DNA from: Macrostomum lignano
Lineage: Eukaryota
Assembly: GCA_002269645.1 (NCBI GenBank)
Contig: NIVC01002769.1
Coordinates: forward strand, 78,071-142,070
Direction of reading: 5' to 3'
Length of the DNA: 64,000 bases
The notes beneath the pieces are model-generated. The model was given only the letters and a program-made list of their open reading frames with translations, made no database searches and had not been told where the DNA came from. This document shows, piece after piece, positions 50,801 to 61,500 of the stretch (positions are counted from its first letter, which is position 1; each line of letters opens with the position of its first letter). Position numbers and translations under genes: made by a program.

Positions 50801-52377
50801 CTGGCTTCATTCTCGAATATATCATCTTTAAATTGCATTGCTTGCTTGCTTGAAAAAGAGGTTTTTCATTAATGGAAATCTTTGTCGAAGTTTAATTATC
50901 AGAGCCAAGATCGCTAGAAAAATTACGTTGAGCCCCTCACTACTCCATGCACTACTCAGCAATGTGGCCGACTTCTCCTGGAAACCAATGCTGTCTGCCA
51001 GGAAATTAGAAGCAAGGTCACACTCTGTCACTAAAGAAACCGCAGCGATCTTGACAAGCACAAGTCAAACCGCCGAGCAAATTTCCAGCTTGGTGATCCA
51101 CATAAGCTTTGAAGAAAATTAATGCGCAACTCGCCATTCACGCACCGCAGTCTGCGCAAACTGGCGCTAAGGCGAGAAGACTATTGGCACCAACAAGCCG
51201 TCATGAGAGGCGGCGGTGGGTGGCAGATGCTATTTTTCTATTGGATAAGAGAAGGAAAAGGTTTCTGATACTGGTAATTCCTTTCACGACTTGATGAATT
51301 GTCCGTGTTATCAGAATATTTAAGCTCTAATTCAATATTTTGCTCAACGTGAACTCAGGTCTTTCTTTTTTGCCTTCTCGAATCCAAAATAATTTTCTGC
51401 TAAAACTTCCTATAGTCTGCTTAGTCTCATTTGAATTACTTTAAATCTTGTGTGAAATTATTAACTCTTCTTGAAATGAATTGCAAAGAATTTGTTCAAA
51501 CACCACCTTGTCGTCAATTGGTTTCAGGACAATTTCCCGAATTGTTTGCTCCATTTTTACTATAGAAAATTTTACAAGTGCTTATTCGATTACTATAGAA
51601 AGGACATTGACGTCCTCACTCAGGCCACAAGGTCACCTGCGAAATTATATGATGGTATATGAAATTCTCCAGGATATTTTCCCGTGGAGAAAATAGGGGG
51701 AACCCTCGAGATTGCACTTTGGATGTCTATTGAATTGCCAAAGAAAATATTTTTTCTAAAAGCCATTTTTACTGTGATATTTTGGTAAAATTATTGTTCC
51801 AGCTAATCTCCATTTCCTTCTCCGGAATGTAATTCATTCTCATGTCTATATATTCTGCTTGGGAAATTCAGACAATAACATTGACAAAACGAGCACCGCT
51901 TACTACGGCATATTATCAATCCAAAGATGGTAAACGTGTATTTTCAATCCAAAGTTGTTTTTAGCATACTACTTACATAAGTAGCATGGTTGTCTATAGC
52001 TTCTATTGTTTTCTTGAGAAACCAGCAATGAACGTCAATCGTTTCTAGTCTTTTCATATTGGCGAATAATGTTTGATTAAACAGACCTCCGATCTTCCTA
52101 CTGCTTCCTTTGGCTTTCCTAACTGCCTCGTAAGAACGACGCCTAAGCTCTTTTTCAGACGGCATGGTTTGGTGTTAGAATAGAAAATTGTTCCCTTGTG
52201 GAAAATGATAGGAAGCTTCTTATTATATAAAATTTGGAGGTCTCCCATTAGATGCCAGATTTTCTGCCAAAGTTCCGCCAAAAATTCCGCCAAAAATTCC
52301 GTCAAAAATTTTGCCAAAAAATGCTGGTTTTGGCGGCCTATTGGGATTAAAGAGATAAGGCCTCTTTCTGAGAATAA

Positions 52378-52752
52378 TAGAGAAGCTGCAGGGAAGTTCC
52401 CCTTTTTCGAGAACAATAGACTCTTGAGAGTACTCAGTACTGAGAGGAGAAAGGAATGGTTGTAATTAGCGACTAGATGGGTAAGAGATTTTGAGTACTG
52501 TTGAATCCACGTATAGGCAACGTAGTTCCCCTTTTCTGAGTACAATAGAAACTGCGGGGAAGTTCCCCTTTTCCGAGAACAATATAGACTCTTGAGAGTA
52601 CTCAGTACTGAGAGGAGAAAGGAATGGTTGTAATTAGCGACTAGATGGGTAAGAGATTTTGAGTACTGTTGAATTCACGTATAGGCAACGTAGTTCCCCT
52701 TTTCTGAGTACAATAGAAACTGCGGGGAAGTTCCTCTTTTCCGAGAACAATG
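52378..52752 (+). repeat. Tandem duplication of a 166-168 bp unit, about 2.2 copies
   Basis: GGAAGTTCC(C/T)CTTTT anchors at about 52392, 52558 and 52726 with near-identical intervening sequence. Confidence 0.9.
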
Positions 52753-53547
52753 GAGACTGTATGTGGGCTTTCAGTAACAATGGAAGGTATGAAGCTCTGA
52801 CTTAGTCAGCCTCCTCTTGAGAACACTCGTAATTACTATTATTCTCTTCTGAATCTACACTTGTTGCGTATTCACTTATAGTATAAAATTTACGTTTGAA
52901 TGAGTTTTACAAAATCCTGGAAACGTTTTACTCATTTCGATTACTTGAATTAAATGAATTTTACAAAATCATTTTTTTTCTTTTTTCCTATCACTTTTTA
53001 AAAAGGGCATTGCCTTCACCACCACCCTCAGAAAAAATTTAAACGCCAATCATTAAAAATTACAGTTTAAAAAAGAATAATTTGTAGTAGTTGTAGGTAC
53101 TCGTATTATATTGGATGGATATCAAGTGAAGAATGAACGAATGAAAGAACGAGCGAAGCGGGTGAATGATGAACACCTCGACGAAGTCGAGTGTACGGCC
53201 ACCCAATATAATACCTACAACTACTCTCGCCTTCTGAAGCTTCTGAAACTGAAGCTTTGAAGAAACAGCTCACAAAACTACACAAAAAGGAATAAAACGA
53301 GGCAAGGAAGGAACAATAGGAATCATTGAGCAAGGAAAAAACAAAAGAGAAACTCGCATTCACTCACCGCACAGTTTGCGCAAATAGGCGCTAAGGAGAG
53401 AAGATACCAAAAAATTGCACCAAAAAACCAGTTGAGCTTGATGTGAGTAGCCTCCAATTGTTGGCTTATATCTGAGCAAACTAAACTGAGTAACCAACTA
53501 AAACAAGGTCTCATTTAAATAGCGGCAGTTTTTACGGTGGGAGTGCT

Positions 53548-53730
53548 TATTGTCACGGTACCGTAAGAATAGTGGGCAAATTATTCGCACGGTACCGTGA
53601 GAATAACTTTGAACTTATTCGCACGGCATAATATAGAGCCTAGCCCGCCTAGGCCTATCTTTGTAGTGTACCGTGCCAATAAGTTCAAAATTATTCTCAC
53701 GGTACCGTGCGGATAATGTTCCCGCACGGT
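53548..53730. repeat. Foldback / MITE-like element with nested palindromes
   Basis: 48-bp inverted arms 53581-53628 and 53669-53716 (4 mismatches), each containing the palindromic core CACGGTACCGTG; a third related core at about 53554. Confidence 0.8.
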
Positions 53731-53904
53731 TGTTCAGTGCTCTCAGAAATGCGTCGTCGTCAAGGAGCAATTGCGACGGCGCTTGCAGCAGCGGCAGCGC
53801 CAGCAGAGCGGAGAGCTGCGCTAATGGGCCTGTTGTTGCCAAACTTGCTTGCTGCCAAAGAGGCAGCAAGAAACTATGGAGAAGCAACAAAGACCAGCTG
53901 CTGC

Positions 53905-54600
53905 TGTTGTTTCTTCTTCTTCATATTCCAGACGCGGCCGATCCGGCGGTGCTGATAGGGCCGAGGGGCTAGATGCGCCCCATCCTGCGCAGCAATTCGA
54001 GAAGGGCCGCCGAGTTCCCCATCAAGTCCTCGGTCGGCGTGCCGCTGTGAGCTCTCCATGCGTCCCCGCGTGGGCATTGGTAGATCAGGTGTTCGACGGT
54101 GTCCTCCATGCCGCATCTGGCAGAGGGGGGACGCGTCGAGCCCCATGCGGTGACGGGTGCTGCCGTTGATCATACTGGCCCCCGCTCGGATCTGGTTGAT
54201 TAGCACCTGCTCGTCTCGTCAGGTCCTTCGGTGAGGGCCAGGCCGGGCCTGTGACTGCGGCGTCAAGGGCTCGCCTGCAGCGGCAGATGGCCGCCTTGAC
54301 GGCGCTTAGATAGATGGGCGTCCGGTTTTGGTCCAGGGTGGCAGCGCAGTTGGCCGCCTGGTCCGCTGCTTCGTTGCCCGACATGCCACAGTGGGCTGGC
54401 ACCCAGATGAATTTGACTCTAGTTGACTCTAGAGGTCGAGTAGGTAGTCCCAACACTCAGCAGCGACGCTGTCGGTTTGGTTGAGCGGGCCGGCGCTCAG
54501 GGCCGTGATGGCACGAAGGTTGCGACACTTTGTCGACGGACTTTCCGGGTGTCCATCGTCCGGGGGCCCCGCGGGGAGGGGGTCGCTTGCCACGAGGGGT
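53905..54600 (-). mobile_element. 5'-truncated non-LTR retrotransposon 3' end with RNase H (I/Loa-type group)
   Basis: ALSAGPLNQTD...ECWDYL and VKFIWVPAHCGMSGNEAADQAA (RNase H), then a degenerate C-terminal Cys/His region and a (GAA)n tail at about 53910-53922; stops and frameshifts. Confidence 0.75.
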
Positions 54601-55872
54601 GATGGCGATCACGTACCGTGGTGTCCGGCTGTTGTTGCTGCAGCTGCTGCCGCGGCAACAGTAGCGACGCAGAAGCAGCAAGCTGAAAGAAAGCCAGAAC
54701 AAAGACCCACCCCCTTAGCAATCTCCGCTAGGAATCTTCGAAATTTCCTCCGCTTCATAAACTGCGGGATGCTCTGCTCAAAGCCCTGGAGCTGGAGCCC
54801 TGGAGACAATGGCGAACAATTAAAAATGTCAGTGTATCGAAAGAGCGACACAGACCACAAAATCACTAAGATGCACATGCAGGTAGAATAAGTTGATAAT
54901 TAGTCAGATGAAAACGTTGCTTCTGCAATAGTGCTGTAGCAGCTGGGGTCCTGTTCCAGCTGGACGAGGCACCGGTAAGACCGGAAGAGCAGGCAGTGGC
55001 CAGGCTTCATGGCGGGACCTGATCTCCTGACTGTCGCGCAGGGCGCTGTAGGAGCTGTAGGCACTGCGGACACGCGGGTGCTGTAGAATAGGGTGGGGGG
55101 GGCAACCACACCTCGTATGTAGTTGGCAACGAGCTCAAAGGTATTCGGGGCAGTAGCAGCGAGCGTCCTGCAGGTGGGTCAACGATCGCATCGTCTCTCC
55201 GTGGCGAACGGGGCACTGGTCGGGTGGCAGCACCCTAGGGGGGCAAACCAAAATACATCAATCCCTAGACCGCCGCGTTGACCACAGCCCCAGCTCGACC
55301 GGTTCGGTAGAGAGCACCAGCTGCTGATGCTGCTGCTGCTACATGCGGCTGTTGCTGTTTGTTACTGTTGCTGTTGCCACTTTTTGTCCGCCAACTGTGG
55401 AATGTGGCCAAGGGAGAGATTTCGACAGGATACTTTTCCTGAAGAATCCTTGGATTTTTTCTGCAGCCACTCGTAACACTCTCAGGGCTGTCGCTCTATA
55501 CATGTAGTACCCTGCATGGTGTTACCAGTGCATCGATGAGCGGGTACAGCGTTAGCTTTAGCCGCTCCGATCGGTGGTTGAGTAATCGGTGCCAACCCTC
55601 AACACCTCTTTGTTGGTGCTAATAGATCGGCCGAATACTAGTTTTTTTGGTATGAAGAACTGGGTTCGAAAGCCAAGTTGAATTCACGTAAATCCAGCAG
55701 TAGCGGGGCAAGTGGCAGTCTCCTTTAGGCCTCTCTCCATGCTCAGCCAGCAGCTATATGCCAATGCCGTCCGAGCAAATTTGCTGGGTGCGAGGATCCG
55801 CCCTGGCCTGTAGAACTGTTGCAAGCCCAGATGCTGTACACGGCGAAAAATTGCTTGTGCGTAAATGGCAAA

Positions 55873-55982
55873 GCAAAACTGATCAGGCTGCGCAGCATTT
55901 CACTCGAGTCAATCAAGCTCAAAGGCCCTGAAAAACCATCTAATTCGGGAGACTCTACTGTCATCGAAATACTGACAGCATC
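55873..55982 (-). pseudogene. Orphan fragment of a third ankyrin-TRPM paralogue
   Basis: CTGATCAGGCTGCGCAGCATTTC...AAGCTC(A/G)AAGGCCCTGAA...GGAGACTCT(A/T)CTGTC(A/T)TCGA matches 60775-60880 and 45020-45120. Confidence 0.7.
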
Positions 55983-58591
55983 TTGCAAGCCAAAAACCGC
56001 TTGAAAAACCGCTTAAAAACCAGTTCTCTTTTTATCACTTAATTTACGTTCTACCTTCTTAAGTGTTTTGTGACGTTGGTGGTTCTTTTATTCTCCCAGT
56101 TCGTCGATTAATATCTACTAAAAATATTTAATATGTATTTTATTTATATCAATTGGTTTTACTTTTATGTTTATTGAAAATAGTAAGCAATGCTTTGTTT
56201 TACTGCATTAAAATAGTTATATTTAACATTTTGAATTCTGTGGCTTCGGAGAAGACTGAGCGTGGTGTGCAGCTGCTGTTCCTATCGCCAGTCATTTGAT
56301 TTTAGTAAACACTGATTGATTTAGTAAACACTGAAAAAAACAGTAGTTCAAGATCGCTCTCAATTTAGTAGTGTTACCCACTAAGGTCATCTTCGAAGCC
56401 ATTCCATTGACACTGCAATTGTTCGTTACCAGTTAGCATCAGCAATAACCACTACATGTGTAACCTGCAAATATACATAATCCGTAATCGAATTATCGGC
56501 GCCGTCAGTTATCGTCAGCACTAACTGTGTGTTTACTCACTACTTTAATAGCAGCCCGTCAGCACGCGAACTCGGACCAGATATCGTCACAGTTTCTTAC
56601 CATCTATAATGGTCAATTTTGGGTGCACACTGTCAAAAATGGATGAAACATGCGCAAATTATGTTACATAGACGGCCAGACAAAGACACTGTTTTGTAAC
56701 CCAGTGTCAAAAAATAATGCACACTGCCAAAATCGCGACACCTTTTCACTTTCAGTTTTGAACTACCTGCAGCAGTGCAGGGTTAGGCAAGAAAATTATG
56801 ACTGTCCGATCATTTTGTGCTTACATTAAATGCTCATTGGTGTTCTTTACATTGCTCAGATTGCTTGTTTTTGTTTGTTTCGATTTGCTTGTGTACATCT
56901 CAAAGCACATTGCCTGTAAAAGAGAGTCAATACATTGTGATGTAAAAAGTTTTGTGTGTCCAAAAAGAATGACAGAGTTAAGAGAAGAAGATACTTTATT
57001 GCCTATGTTTACCTGTCTTAATCGATTGGAAGATGTCGGGATTGAATTTGCGGAATGGAAATTTCAACCTGAAAAACGATAATGCGCATTCTACCCCACT
57101 TGACGGAATTGGTTGGCTGTTGTTAGAACTGATTGACTGTTTGTTGGAAATTTATGCCAACTGTCGAATCTGTATCGCAGTTTTGTCGAAACTGGTTGAA
57201 AATCGAAGCTGTCACAACCAAAAAGTGTCGGAATTGGATGCCAGAATATTAAAGTTCGATATTAAATATCGAATGAACATTTGGAGTTATTGCTATTTAG
57301 TAGCTACATCTAATTTATTCTTTAATATGCTGTTTTTGTTCAATCCAAAAAATACACCTGTATTTGCTATTACCCTTTGTTCGTTCGACAAATCCTAATT
57401 ATATACGCATCGTACAAACTAATAATATGTTGTTTTTTCACTTTCTTTATATTTTTATCCTTGCTTTTCTAAGAATAAATACTGGAACGCATCAGACAAT
57501 AAATAAAGCATCGGATAAGCACTGCATGATCCGTTAAAGTATAAAATTCTAAGAGAAACACTTAGCTGTCTAAAGAGGCAACTGGACAGTTGGCAGGTAA
57601 ATAGGTGAGCGGCTCAGGCGTTTCACAGGCTTAAAATAGTCAAGACAAACCTTGAGCACAAATTATAACAAAAATAAAATAAATGATATAGATAATCACA
57701 GCTAAACACAGCTAGGGACGAATTGTAGGACAAAAAGAGTACTCAGGGGATATTTTAGGACAAACACAACAGCTAAGAATCATTGTGGGAAAAATATAGC
57801 AGTTAAAGCCCGGTTTAAAGTGCCATCAAGGAGACAATTTCTGCCAGTTCAAACTACTTGTACTTATTTTTTCGTAGTTTTGTAGGACTGCGCCTTACAG
57901 TAAGATGTAAGATGGCAAGAAAAACGCAGATATATTCGAAAAATTACATGAAAACAACGCGAATGAATACAATGTTACCGTAGAAGTGAGTAAGAATATA
58001 AAATCAATTTATGGAATAAAAAAGTTCTTAGAAACGTGTTCCTTCCGATCACAAGCCCTGGTGAGTACTTCCGCTCAAGTTGTTAAAGTTTGAAAATTTC
58101 ACAAAAATAATAACAAAGCAAGTTGAGAAAAAACAGCGAGAGACACGAGCAAAAATTAAATACCATGATGTAACTACAGTCGTCAACACAGTTCATTGGA
58201 ATAATTAGGAAGCTGCTCGTGTATTTATCATTTTCAATACCCAAATGAATTGGTTTCCAATTCAATGTATTGATTCAGGCGGCTTAGCTATTTAAAAAAC
58301 ATTAAATTCAAGTTAAATAATTAGAATCAGTAACGAAAGTTAGTCAATCCGGTGGCAAATCAAAACAAACAAATGAGACTCTGAGCAGGAGCTCGGGCCA
58401 GTCTCGATCCACTGAGCTCATCCTGCAATTAGGGAATCAGTCTGAGAACTGAGCTGAAGAATTAATTTTGAAAATGACTAGAATGTACATCTAAATCATT
58501 GAGTAGCTAATCAGCTAAGTTCAAGAGTACGAGCATAAGTATTTACGAGTATTAACTTGAGATATACGGCCAATTACACTGGAACGGCTCT

Positions 58592-61500
58592 TTACTGCTG
58601 TCTCTGCTGTTGCATCTGCTGTAAAATGCTCATCACATTGGTCATTTGTTGCTGCAGTTTGTCCAACCTTTCATCCATTTTCTCGTTGTCTTCTCTCTGA
58701 GTAGCGAGCAAGTCCTTGACCTGGTTCTCAACGTGCGCCTTGAGCACATCGATGTCGCCTTTGTTGCGCTCCACAGGCCACTGCAGCCGGGGCCGGTGTT
58801 CTCGCAGCTGCTCAGACTGGTAGATGAGGAAGCGCTTGAAGTCCTTGGGGTAGCCGCTGAAGTCCTCGGTGTGCTGCCACCACGGCTAAAGCGGAAGAGT
58901 GTCTTATGTAAATGGAACAACAACGTCAATTAAATAATAAATATAACAAACACTAAGTGTCTAGAAATTTGAAACAAAATAACGAATCATTCCGCTCTGA
59001 TGAGTTTGGCAAAATGCCTACATGAAAATAGTCTGACATATAATTGCATTTTTGGTCGGCAAAAGCTGCTCACCTTCGAACTTTCAGCACCATCAGCTGG
59101 GCTGACTTCACCGGATCGTGGCTGGCACCGACAAGCGTGGCACCTTTGCAGAAGTTTCCAGGCGTAGTGCGGGAACGACAGCGGTGGCGGAACTGGACTG
59201 ACCTCCGCGAACTCCTGCAGCAGCTCGAATAGATTCCTGCGCCACAGAACCTCCGCCCTGCTGGCCAACTCCGTCACGGTGCGGCTGAACAGCGCGATCA
59301 GCAGGTTCCACATCACGATGTTCACCAGTAGGAGGTACACAAACACCAGAATTCCGTTGTAAGCCTTATTTCCAGCTTCATCCGCACAGGACTCTCCAGT
59401 CGCGAGGCTGCTGGAGCTGCACGACTCGAACTGCGCGCTCTCCACCATTCCGAAGGCCAGCGACACGGGCACCGTGAAAATCTTTGTCAGAGCCTGAGCA
59501 TCTCTTGAGTCTGAGAAGGCCGGAAACAGCAGGTTGAAGAAGAAGATGCCGAATGAGTACACCAGCACCAGCAAGACCAGCATGAATGGCACCAGGTCGC
59601 TGAACAGCAAGCTCTTTAGCATATTGATTTTCGGCCCGGTGACCTTGAAGTAGCTGAGCAGGGCCACGGAGCGGAAGCCGAGAAACAGGAATGAGACGCT
59701 GAGCACAACCTGGCAGCTTCGCAGGAGGCTGGGGTCGCTCAAGTGGCCGAGCAGCTTCAGGACCAGACCTGCCCACATCAGCAGCAGTCCAGCCATGTCA
59801 AAGTAGTTGAACAGGTCAATGAAGTAGCGTGGAATTCTCATGTCACGCCCGAGTATTGTCAAGTCCTTCAGAGAAATACTGTTAATAAAGTCATTCACTT
59901 CCTGCAGCGTGAAGGACAGTGCGTACAACAGCAGGATGATGTCTGGCACTGGAGATTGTTGAGTCCGACTGAAGTCCGTCACGTACCAGGCAAAGTAGAG
60001 CAGGAAGACCAGGAAGGAGATGGAGTAGATGATGAATCGCTGTTGAATTGTGACTTTTGCTGCAATGTTGCAGGTGCAACAGCGTTGAGGTCTGCTCCAG
60101 GACAACGGTGGATGCCTCTTCCAATGCTGCTCCACCAAATTGCTGATGCACTCAGTTGCGAACAAGTCGTCGCAGTCCAGAGTCTCTACAAGGTCCATGA
60201 CTGATTTGAACTTTTGAGACGCTGTATCATTTTCGGAAGAAAGTTTCCGTGCTTCGTTGCTCCTTTTCTGTTGAGGCTTGTCATTGTCCGCATGGGAGCT
60301 TTCCCGTCGCAGGAGTGATGAATGAGGTGCCAAAAACCTCGGCCCAGCATTGCGCTGGTCTTCCGAAACACGAAACGAACCAGTCAGGTAGGTGAACAGA
60401 AGTTCTCGCGTGTCTTCATCAGCATTTGCGTAAAGGTGGTCCAGAATGTTGATAATGGTGTTATAAGCTTGAAGTTGCACTCTCTGAAGAATCTCACTCT
60501 TATCGACTTTCGTCTTTAGGTAAGTGAGCAGTCTCAGGGTCTGAGGAATGATGTCGAATTGAGGCAACAACATGAGGTCAGTGAGAAGCTTTGGCTTCTC
60601 GAGCAGCACAGCGTATTCCATCAGCACAAGAGCTTTCGAATTTCCGTCTTGTACTGAAAAATATTGCAACAAAGTAGTCATAATCGGAGACTTAGCATTC
60701 GGCTGCTTTTTGCTGATCTGTGCCAAAATATGCTTAGAAAACTGGTCATAAATCTCATCATTGACAAGGCCCAAACCGATCAGGCTGCGCAGCATTTCAG
60801 TTGAGTCAAGCTCGAAGGCCCTGAACAGCATCTGTACTTCAGGAGACTCTTCTGTCTTCGACATGCGTTCAACATCGTGCTCAGTCTTTTTATCATTTTT
60901 CTTTCTGCCTTCTTGTGCATCTTTCGGTGTAGAAGTTCTATCCTTCTGAATGCTGGCCTTAAGCGAGGAGTCATTAAATTTAGTCAGGTGATTCCGTGCG
61001 CTCTGCTTGTCAGGAAGTTTCAGTGCCTTTTTTGCTACATCCACTAACGTGAGCAGTTCCCTGAGGCTGAAGGACTTCTCTGTCGGAAATTTATTGATAT
61101 CATTTGCTACCTCAATGAGAACTTCGAGTTTCCCCTTGTTGTAAGCGAAATCGACGCATGTCTGCCCAGCTGCCGTCTCATCCTGCAGTTTCGCACCATT
61201 CTGAAGAAGGTATTCGATGTTCTCTTTGTGACCAGATTCGCAAGCAAAGTGAAGACACGTTGCTCCTTTTAGAGGACCGTCGGAGACACGAACAGCTAAA
61301 ATTTTTTCGGAACTGAGATCACAGAGATTTCCTAATTCTTGAACAATTTCTTTTAGGTCGAATCTTGAACAAAAAGCATGAACTACGTGCAGACCCTCCG
61401 AGTTTCGTTGAAGGTTTTTCAAAATTGCTGTAACCGGAGATTTCTTAAGAGCATTCAAAACTTTGGCTAAATGAAATTCATACGCTTCTGAAGCAAACAG

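Noticed and set aside
50700-52170. Short ORFs and codon-like patches on either strand
   Set aside because: Could not assign any family motif; multiple stops; left uncalled.
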